This document shows positions 39,186 to 49,799 of a stretch of DNA of 64,000 nt, piece by piece. The DNA comes from Candidatus Poribacteria bacterium. GTDB taxonomy: Bacteria > Poribacteria > WGA-4E > PCPOR2b. How positions within the stretch are numbered: position 1 is the first letter of the stretch; every line of letters begins with the position of its first letter. The DNA lies in NCBI GenBank assembly GCA_965218095.1, contig OZ244587.1, positions 2,144,001 to 2,208,000 of the forward strand. The letters run 5' to 3'. The notes under the pieces are model-generated. The model did not search any database, was not told the DNA's origin, and saw only the letters and a program-made list of their open reading frames with translations. The translations under genes and the position numbers were made by a program.

Positions 39186-39848
39186 ATGAAAAAGCTCTTT
39201 TGCTTCCTTATCGTGGTCATGGGTTTCACACTGACCGTGCATAGTTGGTCAGCAGAATCGACTGCTGTTGATAAACCCAGGACGCCAGCAGGCGAGCAGG
39301 CAAACGCGAATAACGACGAACCACTGTCCTTCCTGACTTTCACAGGAAGTGTGCTCCCCCGCGACACGAAACGTCAAATCGATCAGCCGAATTATCCCCT
39401 TTTCCGATCGCACGCCCCACAATACTATCCGCCGAAGACCGCTCGAACAGCGATATTTTTGTCGGCGACACTCCCTGGTTCAGGACAAACTTATGCCGGC
39501 CGTCCTGGGAAAGGATTCGCCTTCCTCATCGCTGAGGTTGGGCTGATAGCAGCTGCAGGCTTGAATCTGGACCGTGCGGTGCACTACAATGACCTCGCAG
39601 ATCGCTTCACCACGGGATTTTACGACCCACATGGCGACGCCTTTCTGACGGTGGATCAGGGGCGCGTCAAGTCGAGAGGCCATGCGCAATTCGGGGTACT
39701 CTTTCTGGCTGGTGGGATTGGCGTCTACATCTGGAACATTTTTGATGCAGCGAAAACGGTAGAACAGTATAATGAGCGAAGATTTCCGGTGCAGGTGCAA
39801 CAAACTGTGTATGGAAAAACTTATCTTGCCGTAAACCACCGCTTTTAG
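39186..39848 (+). CDS. hypothetical exported/membrane protein (DUF5683-like)
   Basis: Signal peptide; A.FLSA.LPG.GQ.YAG...KG; YIWNIFDA; C-terminal F. Confidence 0.7.
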   Translation: MKKLFCFLIVVMGFTLTVHSWSAESTAVDKPRTPAGEQANANNDEPLSFLTFTGSVLPRDTKRQIDQPNYPLFRSHAPQYYPPKTARTAIFLSATLPGSGQTYAGRPGKGFAFLIAEVGLIAAAGLNLDRAVHYNDLADRFTTGFYDPHGDAFLTVDQGRVKSRGHAQFGVLFLAGGIGVYIWNIFDAAKTVEQYNERRFPVQVQQTVYGKTYLAVNHRF

Positions 39849-39860
39849 GGGATCCGCACC

Positions 39861-40613
39861 GTGCGAGCAATCAAAATTCTGCTTTTTAGTTGTTTCATGT
39901 TCCTCTCTTTTTCTCTGACCGTTTTAACAACCTATTCGTTGCTTGAAACCGCCAATCTTGATTGGGACCCCATCCGGGTTGGTGAGACTCTAACCTACAA
40001 CGTCAAAATTGCGCGCTTGCCTGCTGGAACACAAGTTACAAAGGTTGTTGAAGAAACCGTGCTGAATGGACAGCCGGTTTATTACTTCACTTCGGAAAGG
40101 GAGACCGGGAGTGTCTTTGGAAAACTGTACCATTTTCGAGACTGGATAGCAAGCTATGTCACGACCGATCAGCTATATCCACTCAGGCATCTGAAAGATT
40201 TAGAAGATGGGAAATATCGAGCGCATGTCGAAGTCGATTTTGATCATGGCAGGGGAATGGCTCAATACACCAAAAATCAGCATAACAAAGCACTTGAAAT
40301 CCCAATTGGTATACAGGATGAACTGTCGATGGTTTATTTCCTGCGCTCCAAAAAGTTGAGGGTGGGGCAGACCTATAGATTTCCGGTACTGGTCAGGGAT
40401 AAGTGCCAACAGATCACCCTTACAATCCATCGTCGCGAAATGGTGAAAACAAAGGCATTAGGCTGCGTGGAAACATTGGTTTTGCGCACATCGCACGGCT
40501 ACCTGATGTGGCTCACAAATGATGACCGCCGTATTCCTGTTCGGATCGAAGCTGAGATACCTGTTATTGGTAAACTGGTCGGCACATTAGAGAAAGTTGA
40601 TTTTATCAATTAG
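39861..40613 (+). CDS. DUF3108-like exported protein
   Basis: GETLTYNV, QDELSMVYFLR, WLTNDDRRIPVRIE motifs. Confidence 0.78.
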   Translation: MRAIKILLFSCFMFLSFSLTVLTTYSLLETANLDWDPIRVGETLTYNVKIARLPAGTQVTKVVEETVLNGQPVYYFTSERETGSVFGKLYHFRDWIASYVTTDQLYPLRHLKDLEDGKYRAHVEVDFDHGRGMAQYTKNQHNKALEIPIGIQDELSMVYFLRSKKLRVGQTYRFPVLVRDKCQQITLTIHRREMVKTKALGCVETLVLRTSHGYLMWLTNDDRRIPVRIEAEIPVIGKLVGTLEKVDFIN

Positions 40614-40623
40614 GGTAGGGAAC

Positions 40624-43600
40624 GTGATCGATCTCCTGCATCAGACAGACACCTATCAATCGCTTGTTGAAAGCCTCACCGCCCAATTTTCTTACTCAAA
40701 CAGAAGTGCATCGGATAGGCAAATAGATTTCCCCAAACCCTGGTTGCGAGGTTTGCATGGTGCATCTATTTCTTATTTGCTGAGTGCATTGGCAGCGGAT
40801 TTTTCCGACAAATCCTTCCTCATCGTCCTTCCGACGCAGCATGAAGCTGAGAAGATCATTCAAGATCTGCCCGCTTATCAATTTGAGGGAGCACATCTCT
40901 TTCCGGAATGGCAACATTTTCTTTATGACGGTATCTCCCCAACTCCAAAAGTCGTAGCAGAGCGGATGATCTGCTTGCATCAATTGTTGAAAGAAGAACA
41001 CTCTGTTATCATCACATCGATTAAAGCATTGATGCATAAAATCCTGCCCAAATCAGTTTTAGAATCTGCCTTCCTGACCCTCCACATCGGTGATGAGCTC
41101 GACCCCGACAAAGTTGTGGAACAACTCCTCCGCAGCGGCTATCAGCGTGTGGATCTTGTTGAAGTCAAGGGCGAGTTTGCATGTCGTGGTGACATTCTGG
41201 ACGTTTACCCGCTGACCACCGATGCCCCCGTCCGCATCGAGTTCTTTGGCGATGAAATCGACGCCATTCGATCATTTGATCCGGCTTCACAGCGATCTCT
41301 CTCCGGTGGAATTGATAACGGATCCGATGCGATCACGTTAAGTCCGGTGCGCGAAATCATTCTGGCGCCGGAAGTCCTTGATCAGTGGAAAACCCACGCC
41401 AATGAGTTGGTTCAAAACAACGAATCGCCAAAGTATCGAAACGCGGTCAATGAGATCACACAACGTCTCGAAATGAGAATGGATCTGGAGGGGCTCGAAG
41501 CCTTGCTCCCGATGTTGTATTCAGATACGAGTCTGCTCACGGATTTCCTCCCTCCACAGACTGTTGTCTTCCTGATTGAACCTGTCTGGATGGCGCGTGA
41601 AGGGGACCAGATCATCGAAAGCACGGGAGCTCTTTACGAACGAAAATTGGCATTCGATCAGTTCATGGTGCCGCCTGATGAGACATTTGCGTCGTTTCAA
41701 TCGGTAATCTCAGTTTTGCGGGATTATCCACTTGTTCGTACCTCGTTGACCCTACCGACTCCCGGTGGGAATGAACAGATTAAAGAAATTGATTTCGGTA
41801 TAGGTCCGCTCGGTCTTCCACACAGTAATTATCAGATGGTTATGGACACGATCAAAGGGTGGACTGACGAGGGCTATTTCGTCAACTTCTTCTGTGATAA
41901 TCCAAAGGGTGCAACGCGGCTAAACAATATCCTGACAGATCGAGACTTGCCGGCGACCCAAACTGCCGTGAGCGTTGGCAGCATCAGCGAGGGATTTCTC
42001 AGTGAAACGCTCAAGCGCATTGCGCTTTCTGAACATGAGTTGTTTGGACGCGAACACCGTCGGCGCCGCAAGACTCCCTTCAAGGAAGGCGCGCCCATCC
42101 TGAGCCTAATCGATCTCAAGGAAGGGGACCATGTGGTGCACGTCTCGCACGGAATCGGTCTCTACGCGGGGATTCGTCGTCTTGATATCGATGGCAAGCC
42201 GCAGGACTTTCTCGTGTTGAACTATGCGGATGGGGATAAACTCTATGTTCCAACCTACCAAATCGATCTGGTGCATAAGTATATCGGTGGGAAAGAGGAC
42301 GGAAAACTACGGCTTGATAAGCTCGGTGGTACATCGTGGCAGCGCGTTAAAGCCAGAGTGAAAACCTCGATTGAGCAGATGGCGGAAGAACTGCTTGAAC
42401 TTTATGCGATCCGCGAATCCCGCGACGGCTACGCCTTTACAACAGATGCCCCCTGGCAGCAGGAGTTTGAGGTTCTTTTTCCCTATGAAGAAACCCCAGA
42501 TCAGCAAAAGGCGATTGAGGAAGTTAAGGCGGATATGGAACGCCCTCGATCCATGGATCGCCTCATCTGTGGAGATGTGGGCTACGGAAAGACTGAAGTG
42601 GCGCTGCGAGCGGCGTTCAAAGCGGTGATGGCAGGGAAGCAGGTCGCCCTTCTTGCCCCAACGACCATCCTCACGCTGCAACACTTTAATACGTTCCAGC
42701 AGCGGTTCGACCCCTTTCCCGTTCAGGTGGAAATGCTCAATCGCTTCCGAACCGATAAGGAAGGGAGAATGGTCAAGGAGGAGCTGGCAAACGGCACGGT
42801 CGATATTGTGGTCGGCACCCACGCCTTGCTATCAAACAACATCAAGTTTCACGATCTCGGGTTGCTCGTGGTTGATGAAGAGCATCGTTTTGGCGTCAGG
42901 CACAAAGAGAAGATTAAACAGATGAAGCAGTCGGTTGATGTATTGACCTTGACAGCGACGCCAATTCCGCGTACACTACACATGTCTCTCGTCGGCATCC
43001 GCGATTTCAGCATAATCAATACGCCTCCTGAAAATCGCCTGCCGATCGAAACGTACGTCATGCAGTATAATCCCGACGTGGTACGAGATGCGATTTTGCG
43101 CGAAATGGACCGCGGTGGACAGATCTTTTTCGTTCACAACCGCGTCCAGAGCATCGCAAGCATTGCGACCGCAATCCAGGACCTCGTGCCACAAGCCCGC
43201 GTTTGCGTGGCACATGGGCAGATGCCTGAACGTCAACTGGAAAAGGTGATGATGGATTTCATCAACTACAAGTACGACATCCTGGTTTGCACCATGATTA
43301 TCGAGTCCGGTGTAGATATTCCAAACGTCAACACGATTCTGATTAATCGCGCTGACGCGCTTGGACTCGCGCAACTTTACCAGTTGCGTGGTCGGGTTGG
43401 GCGTGATCAGTATCAGGCTCACGGCTACCTTTTCTACCCACCAGGGCGGGCAATCACGGAGGGCGCCCAAAAGCGCCTGCGCGTTATTGAAGAGTTCACC
43501 GATCTCGGTTCCGGTTTCAAGATTGCCCTGCGGGACCTTGAGATTCGTGGAACAGGTAACATCCTTGGTTCGGAGCAGCACGGTCATATCATCGCTGTGG

Positions 43601-44106
43601 GTTACGATATGTACTGCAAGCTTCTTGAGGAAGCCGTACAAAAGCTCAAAGGCGAAGAAGTCGAGGAAACGGTCGAAACGCGAATCAACCTGCCCATCGA
43701 AGCCTATCTGCCCGACGAGTGCGTGCCTGACAGTCGGCAGAAGGTCGCGCTCTATAAAAAGATCGCTGCCTTGAAGACAGAAGTGGATCGGAAAGAACTT
43801 GAAGAGGAGATGGTGGATCGATATGGCAAAATCCCAGAACCGGTTCAAATGCTCCTCGAAATTGCCGATTTGAAACAGCTCAGTCAGCGGCTCGGCATCG
43901 ATGGAATCGTCGCGAGTGGGGAGGGCATCAAAATCACGTTTGACAAAGAAAAGCTAGGTGTTGAACCCCGTAAGCTCATTCAACTCGTCCAACAAGATCA
44001 ACGGATCTCACTCTCGCCTCCTGCGCGCATAGCGATCAGTATGAGAGGGCTAGAGGGGAAAACGCTCCTACTCGCACTCAAGAAGATCTTAGGTCGGTTA
44101 ATGTGA
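40624..44106 (+). CDS. mfd: transcription-repair coupling factor
   Basis: GEFACRGDILD, VVH..HGIG, FPYEETPDQ, GDVGYGKTEVA, DEEHRFG, TATPIPRT, QLRGRVGR, DLEIRG.GN, TRCF C-terminus. Confidence 0.98.
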   Translation: MIDLLHQTDTYQSLVESLTAQFSYSNRSASDRQIDFPKPWLRGLHGASISYLLSALAADFSDKSFLIVLPTQHEAEKIIQDLPAYQFEGAHLFPEWQHFLYDGISPTPKVVAERMICLHQLLKEEHSVIITSIKALMHKILPKSVLESAFLTLHIGDELDPDKVVEQLLRSGYQRVDLVEVKGEFACRGDILDVYPLTTDAPVRIEFFGDEIDAIRSFDPASQRSLSGGIDNGSDAITLSPVREIILAPEVLDQWKTHANELVQNNESPKYRNAVNEITQRLEMRMDLEGLEALLPMLYSDTSLLTDFLPPQTVVFLIEPVWMAREGDQIIESTGALYERKLAFDQFMVPPDETFASFQSVISVLRDYPLVRTSLTLPTPGGNEQIKEIDFGIGPLGLPHSNYQMVMDTIKGWTDEGYFVNFFCDNPKGATRLNNILTDRDLPATQTAVSVGSISEGFLSETLKRIALSEHELFGREHRRRRKTPFKEGAPILSLIDLKEGDHVVHVSHGIGLYAGIRRLDIDGKPQDFLVLNYADGDKLYVPTYQIDLVHKYIGGKEDGKLRLDKLGGTSWQRVKARVKTSIEQMAEELLELYAIRESRDGYAFTTDAPWQQEFEVLFPYEETPDQQKAIEEVKADMERPRSMDRLICGDVGYGKTEVALRAAFKAVMAGKQVALLAPTTILTLQHFNTFQQRFDPFPVQVEMLNRFRTDKEGRMVKEELANGTVDIVVGTHALLSNNIKFHDLGLLVVDEEHRFGVRHKEKIKQMKQSVDVLTLTATPIPRTLHMSLVGIRDFSIINTPPENRLPIETYVMQYNPDVVRDAILREMDRGGQIFFVHNRVQSIASIATAIQDLVPQARVCVAHGQMPERQLEKVMMDFINYKYDILVCTMIIESGVDIPNVNTILINRADALGLAQLYQLRGRVGRDQYQAHGYLFYPPGRAITEGAQKRLRVIEEFTDLGSGFKIALRDLEIRGTGNILGSEQHGHIIAVGYDMYCKLLEEAVQKLKGEEVEETVETRINLPIEAYLPDECVPDSRQKVALYKKIAALKTEVDRKELEEEMVDRYGKIPEPVQMLLEIADLKQLSQRLGIDGIVASGEGIKITFDKEKLGVEPRKLIQLVQQDQRISLSPPARIAISMRGLEGKTLLLALKKILGRLM

Positions 44107-44138
44107 AACGTCATCATTTTCAGGAGGTACTTCACTAA

Positions 44139-45434
44139 ATGAAAACATTTCGTTTGTTCGTCCTCATCCTATTCATTGCGCATCTTGGAATTAATTCTGC
44201 ACTTGCGCGAGGGTTTGATCAGATTATCGCTTATGTCAACGATAGTGTGATTACCAAATGGGAGCTCGACAGCGTTGTGAAGCAAAAAGCGCTGGAACTC
44301 CAGCAACTCTACCGTTTCAGCGAGCGCGAAGCAATGCAAAGGGCGGAACAGGAACGTGCTAAACTTCTTAATCAATTGATCCGTCAGATGCTCCTTGTCG
44401 AAACGGCATTAACGCTAAAAATTGAGATTACCGAAGCCGAGGTAGACCAATATGTCCAGAACTTTAAGGATCAGTACCAGATCGACACAGAGGCGGCGCT
44501 CATTGAAGCATTGAACAAAGAAGGCTATACCCTTATCGCTTTCTGTGAGCAAGCCAAGCGTAACTTGATGGCGGAACGACTTGTGATGCAGCGCATTCTG
44601 CCAAGGCTCCAGATCCGGGATTCGGATGTGCAGAAGTTTTTTGAAGAAAATCGCGCGCAATTCACAACTAAGGCGGACAAAGTGCATCTTCGACATATCT
44701 TCGTTGCCTTCAAACCGACCGAGGTGGATCAACAACTTGCGCTCCAAACAATCCATTCAATCATTCAGGAAGTCAAAGCCGGCAAAGATTTTGAGACGCT
44801 TGCGCGGCGCTACGCTGGCAGTGAGCATAGAAAAGAAAGCGTTGGGACATTGACTGAACTGCCGGTTGCTGAGGTGAGCAAGCTTTCTGATACCTTCCGC
44901 AGTGCACTTTCAACACTCAATGCCGGCGAGCTCAGTGAGCCGGTTGAAGGGGTTGATGGGCTTTACCTGTTCAAAGTTGAAGACAGAGATGAGCGAATAA
45001 TCAAGTTTCGTTATCTTGTTGTCGGTCTGAAGCCGAGCGAGGAAGCAATTCAGGCAGCCTATCAACGTGCAGATCGCCTCCTCCAGAAGTTAAATCAAGG
45101 CGAAGACTTCAATCTGCTCGCTCAGCAATATTCTGAAGATCTGGAAACGAAAGCCAATAGCGGAGATCTCGGGATTCATTCGCTCAACGAGCTAAGCCCC
45201 CAAACGCGGAAAATTATCGAAGGGCTTTCTATCGGGAAATACAGCACACCGGTCAAAACGACACACGGCTTACATATTTTCAAGATCGATAGCCGCGCTG
45301 CTCCGGAGTTGAGCGAAGCCGAAAAGAACCAGATCCGGGTTATGCTGCGGCAGCAAAAATTTCAAGAGGAATGGAACGTTTACACCGATATGCTTATGGA
45401 GCATTCCTTCATTAAGATCAAACCGATTGAGTAA
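44139..45434 (+). CDS. surA: SurA-like periplasmic chaperone / parvulin PPIase
   Basis: Signal peptide, IIAYVNDSVIT SurA N-domain, two rotamase domains (HLRHIF..DFETLARRY; DFNLLAQQYSED...GDLG...GLHIFK). Confidence 0.85.
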   Translation: MKTFRLFVLILFIAHLGINSALARGFDQIIAYVNDSVITKWELDSVVKQKALELQQLYRFSEREAMQRAEQERAKLLNQLIRQMLLVETALTLKIEITEAEVDQYVQNFKDQYQIDTEAALIEALNKEGYTLIAFCEQAKRNLMAERLVMQRILPRLQIRDSDVQKFFEENRAQFTTKADKVHLRHIFVAFKPTEVDQQLALQTIHSIIQEVKAGKDFETLARRYAGSEHRKESVGTLTELPVAEVSKLSDTFRSALSTLNAGELSEPVEGVDGLYLFKVEDRDERIIKFRYLVVGLKPSEEAIQAAYQRADRLLQKLNQGEDFNLLAQQYSEDLETKANSGDLGIHSLNELSPQTRKIIEGLSIGKYSTPVKTTHGLHIFKIDSRAAPELSEAEKNQIRVMLRQQKFQEEWNVYTDMLMEHSFIKIKPIE

Positions 45435-45446
45435 AGGAAAGGAAGG

Positions 45447-48400
45447 ATGGAAAGGAGGGAAAAAAGGGGAAAGGGGAAATGGAAGGATGTCGAAGGAAAT
45501 GGAAGATATTTAATTTACCGGTTTCCGTATTCCCTCATTTTCCAATTGCTGAATTGTTGCTTTTGTCTCAGGTTTTACGCTTCACGTTTCACGTTTTACA
45601 GTTCTGTCCCAAGAGCCCCGATCACAAATCGGAATCCGCCCCGAGCCATCGGGGTTTCACGCCTTACGTTCCATACCTTGCCTTTCACGCTTTACATCTT
45701 ATCCATCACGATTCTCACTTTCTGTTTAATCTTGCCAACCGGCGAATTAGCTGCTCAAGAACCTCCCCCGCCGATCGCTGATGACGATGCCTCCGAAACG
45801 AAGACTGAGGAGGCATCAGAAACCCCTCCAGACACAGATCAATCCGTACCCGAGGCGTCCACTGATGACGATGCAGCCGAGCCGTCACCTGAAGACGCAT
45901 CAGAGCCTCCTCCAACTACAGATCAACCCGCACCTGAAGAACCCGCTGATGTCAGCAGGAGTCTCGATCCAGCAAACATGTCTCCCGAAGAAGGTGAGCT
46001 CATTGCGAAGGGCGATGATCTGAGTTTTCATAACAACCTGATCCAGATCCATGGCAATGGGCTGATCAAATACGAAGAGATTGTCCTTTACGCTGACCAT
46101 ATCTGGGCGGATTTCAATGAAAATGTTATGCGTGCCGCGGGAAACGTGCGTCTCCTGATTGAAAACGAAGAAACCTTTGCAAACGAGTTAATTTACAACA
46201 TTGCAACGAAGAAAGGGATCATACGCGAAGGATTTACATACAGCGATCCATGGTACTATCGCGGCTCTGAAATCTTCAAGGTCGAAGATGATGAATCCTA
46301 CATCCGCGGCGGTTCACTGACGACATGTTCTCTCAAACACCCGCATTTTTACTTCAGTGCATCGCAGATCATTGTCAAGATTAACAAGGAACTGATCGCC
46401 AAGCATGTTGTCCTCCGGGTAGGAGGCATCCCGCTTTTCTATTTTCCCGCCTATCGCCGGGATCTGCGCCAGGAAGATAAAGTTGCGAAAATAATCGTTA
46501 AGATCGGGATGGGCAGTTATCAGGGGGCGTTCCTCAGCGTTATCTTGCCACTTTCGCGGGCCCATCGATTTAACGGTGCACTTCTGTTTGATCAGTCGAG
46601 CCGCCGGAGACGTGGCGCAGGCTATGATGGGGGATACCGCCTGAACGATGTTAAGTTCCAGGAGATCCTTATCCCATTACCGCCCGGGGTAACACCGAGC
46701 GATCGGACAAAGCTCGAAGAAAAAGCGGAGGAACTATCGGATCGGTTACAGGGGAAGTACGACAGATATAAGCTGAGGCAGATTTTCCTAGAATATAAGA
46801 TTAACGAAGAAGACATCGCAACCGGGCGCGAAAAAGCGGAAGAAGTCTACACGCAACTGCAAGCGGAAGACGCAGATTTCGCAGAGATTGCCGAGGATAA
46901 CTCTACCCATCAGGACACACGCTACCAAGGCGGAGATATGGGATTTTTGGTGCGCAGAGAGCGCGATAAGGAAGGCGAGCTTAGACTCGATCCAATCTTA
47001 GAGGAAGCAGTCTTTCAACTGCAACCAGGCGAAATCACTCCAATTTTGCGGACAGAGTTTGCCTTCCATATCCTGACAGTAGATCGTGAGCTCGATGTGT
47101 ACGATGAACGAGAAATTCAGGTTCGTCGGATCGACATCGCAATCGAGGCAAGCCAGGAAACCCGGGATGCCATTCAGAATACGGCAAAGGAAATCCATGC
47201 GCGGGCAAGCGTAGGAGAACCTCTAGCGCAATTGTCCATGGAATATGAAGATGCTGAATTTTCGGAAGTCAACGAGGGCCAGGGGTTGCTGTTAAATGAG
47301 ATGGATCGGCGTTGGCAATACTCGGTGAAGCGGCTTGAGCAGCCCGGCGAAATAACGCGGACAGTGAATACGGACCGAGGTGTCTACCTTTTCGAGCTAA
47401 TCGAAAAGGAACCAACGCCGAGCTTTGAGGAGGTGGCTCGCCAGTTTGAAGCGGAGTGGGAAACGTGGAAGACGGAAGTTGGGATACTAGAAGAACCGGA
47501 AGACGAGATAGGTGGACGAGGAGAAAAAGTGGATGGAGGGACGGAAGAAGGGAAGGAGGAAAGAAAGAAAGGAGGAAAGAAGGGAAGGTTGGAAGAGGAG
47601 AAAGAAGGAGACAAGGAAGATAAAGGCGGACAAGGAGACAGGAATACAGGAACACAAGAAGATAATACGCAACACGCAATACACAATACGCAGGACGATG
47701 ATATAGCAGGTCAAGCGGACGAAGAAAAGCAGGAAGAAGGGGTGCAAGTTTATCAACAACACGGCTTCCAAGGACGCTGGGAAACGCCGCGTGAAATTTA
47801 CTCGCAGACGCAGCGACTCGATCGCGGTGAGGCGAGCCGGGTCACCAAAACCCGTAAGGGATTTCATGTGATCAAGGTGGATAAAAAACGCACCTACAGA
47901 GGAGACATCTATTTCTATACCAATGATGAATTTTCATTTAATCGCCGGAATCCGTTCAAAACCGGACAACGATGGACTTTGCGGTGGGGGCACCGACACG
48001 CTATCTATACTCCCTGGGACAGCCGAGAGAAAGGACGACGGCCTGTGAGTTTTGTGGGGCGTGTGGCGTGGCGAGCAAAGGATTTCAAAGAGGAGGGGTT
48101 TGGAACCAATGAATCTACGGTTAATTCTTTTGGTATGCTCACATGGGGGGCGGCCTTTAAACCACTCGATTATGATGATAGAGACGAGGACGGAAATTTG
48201 AAATTTTCGTTCAAGACAATCGGGGAGTTCCTAGGGCGTTTTCAGATTAATCACACCTTGGATCTCACAGGTGAGGGGACAACAACCCTGCAAAAGCTAC
48301 CTGCACTCGAACTTTCACTTTCACGCATGCGCTTGAGTCGGCTCCCTGTGTTCAAAACCCTCAACTCGGGGTTGACCAAAGTTGCAGACATACTACACAC

Positions 48401-49559
48401 CGATTTTCCGATCGTTTCGATGGTTGGTATCCCGACGCTTGAAGACATGAGCTTCGATCTCGATTTGGGCCTCGGCAACTTTTTCCGTGAGAGGTTTCGA
48501 GAGAAGGAAGACATCTTCTTACAAACCATGGACCTCGGTTTTGACCTTCGTAAACAATCGACACTACAAGTCATACCGAACCGCGAGTTACGCCTCGATC
48601 TAGATTTCGACACGAACCTCATCTGGCATGACAAAGACCAGGAAGGAAATCGGAATATTTTCCGTGGTGTGTATAGCACGCGGGTGGCTGCCAGGAATAC
48701 TCTTTTTCGGATTTATGACATCAGTTTCATTCCGGGGGCGCGTCGTATGCGCCATCAAATCAACTCAAGGCTGACATTTGACTTTGCGCCGCCTGTTGAC
48801 AGAGAAGATAGTCCGATGCTCTATCCGTTTGGCCCAAGCGTCTACTTCTTTGAAAGAAAAAGGCTCTCCTACAACTTTGATACCAGCATCGAAGTAAAGA
48901 CTCGTCGCAGCAGATCTGCCCTCCGTGTACTTCATTTTGATACACGGATATCGACAGATTTCACGAGATCTGAGGCATTAGGCGAGCGGAGATATATACC
49001 GATTGAAAGCAGGCTAACGATTGTCCCGTTGGCAAGCCGAAATTTGAACATTAGAATCAAGACGACACACGATCCGAATGAGTCACTAATTGATGGGAAG
49101 CGGTTCAAACAGGTCGGTTTCCGATCCAACATGAGTTACCGGCGGAAGAAATGGAATGTAACGCTCGGAAATGCCTTTACTAAAAGGACACGACGCGCCT
49201 CTCGAAGTATCACGGGGAGTTTTCGATACCGTCCAAGCCCCTTATTGGAATTTGACTTCAGCACCAATTATGACTGGATTGAAAAGCAGTTCTACTCGCA
49301 AGGTATAACGATACGACGAAATTTGCACGGTTGGAATATGACGATTAGATGGAACCGGATTGGGATTAAGCGAGACCCTCCCTTTGATAATGTACGGCAA
49401 GACTTCACATTTCAGGTGAACCTGATCGCGGAGCCTGCTGCTTCAGTTGGGCTTGGCTATGACGCCACGACAGACACATGGGGATTCCGCAGCCTGCCCG
49501 CTGGCGTGCCTTACAACGCCTTTGGCGCCGGGAACTCACTGGGACGGTCGTACTTCTAA
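45447..49559 (+). CDS. lptD: LPS-assembly protein LptD-like, with inserted parvulin-like domains
   Basis: OstA-like N-domain (LYADHI...AAGNVRL...TTC...PHF.FSA..I...GGIPLFYFP), amphipathic beta-strands, C-terminal F; follows surA. True start uncertain. Confidence 0.8.
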   Translation: MERREKRGKGKWKDVEGNGRYLIYRFPYSLIFQLLNCCFCLRFYASRFTFYSSVPRAPITNRNPPRAIGVSRLTFHTLPFTLYILSITILTFCLILPTGELAAQEPPPPIADDDASETKTEEASETPPDTDQSVPEASTDDDAAEPSPEDASEPPPTTDQPAPEEPADVSRSLDPANMSPEEGELIAKGDDLSFHNNLIQIHGNGLIKYEEIVLYADHIWADFNENVMRAAGNVRLLIENEETFANELIYNIATKKGIIREGFTYSDPWYYRGSEIFKVEDDESYIRGGSLTTCSLKHPHFYFSASQIIVKINKELIAKHVVLRVGGIPLFYFPAYRRDLRQEDKVAKIIVKIGMGSYQGAFLSVILPLSRAHRFNGALLFDQSSRRRRGAGYDGGYRLNDVKFQEILIPLPPGVTPSDRTKLEEKAEELSDRLQGKYDRYKLRQIFLEYKINEEDIATGREKAEEVYTQLQAEDADFAEIAEDNSTHQDTRYQGGDMGFLVRRERDKEGELRLDPILEEAVFQLQPGEITPILRTEFAFHILTVDRELDVYDEREIQVRRIDIAIEASQETRDAIQNTAKEIHARASVGEPLAQLSMEYEDAEFSEVNEGQGLLLNEMDRRWQYSVKRLEQPGEITRTVNTDRGVYLFELIEKEPTPSFEEVARQFEAEWETWKTEVGILEEPEDEIGGRGEKVDGGTEEGKEERKKGGKKGRLEEEKEGDKEDKGGQGDRNTGTQEDNTQHAIHNTQDDDIAGQADEEKQEEGVQVYQQHGFQGRWETPREIYSQTQRLDRGEASRVTKTRKGFHVIKVDKKRTYRGDIYFYTNDEFSFNRRNPFKTGQRWTLRWGHRHAIYTPWDSREKGRRPVSFVGRVAWRAKDFKEEGFGTNESTVNSFGMLTWGAAFKPLDYDDRDEDGNLKFSFKTIGEFLGRFQINHTLDLTGEGTTTLQKLPALELSLSRMRLSRLPVFKTLNSGLTKVADILHTDFPIVSMVGIPTLEDMSFDLDLGLGNFFRERFREKEDIFLQTMDLGFDLRKQSTLQVIPNRELRLDLDFDTNLIWHDKDQEGNRNIFRGVYSTRVAARNTLFRIYDISFIPGARRMRHQINSRLTFDFAPPVDREDSPMLYPFGPSVYFFERKRLSYNFDTSIEVKTRRSRSALRVLHFDTRISTDFTRSEALGERRYIPIESRLTIVPLASRNLNIRIKTTHDPNESLIDGKRFKQVGFRSNMSYRRKKWNVTLGNAFTKRTRRASRSITGSFRYRPSPLLEFDFSTNYDWIEKQFYSQGITIRRNLHGWNMTIRWNRIGIKRDPPFDNVRQDFTFQVNLIAEPAASVGLGYDATTDTWGFRSLPAGVPYNAFGAGNSLGRSYF

Positions 49560-49799
49560 TGGCAGCGACAAAGAAATCGTAGTCGTGCCACAACAATTGT
49601 TTACCTAATCGTTTACCGAGATTCGCTAAAAACACGACTTTCACTACCTTTTCATCGCTTTTTCGTCACCTCCAGTGCAATGGCAACGCTGGTGAAAAGG
49701 CGGCGTTTTTTCGTAATGTCGGATTTTCCCCATAACCCGACATTAGAGCCCCCGGAGGCGTTAACATCTGAGGGAGTCAGCAGACAGGTGATCGGATCA

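Noticed and set aside
42976-43848. Long antisense ORFs (290 aa here; also 18275-18928 and 27616-28305)
   Set aside because: They lie opposite well-supported genes (mfd, bd-like oxidase, octaheme cytochrome) and show no recognisable motifs.
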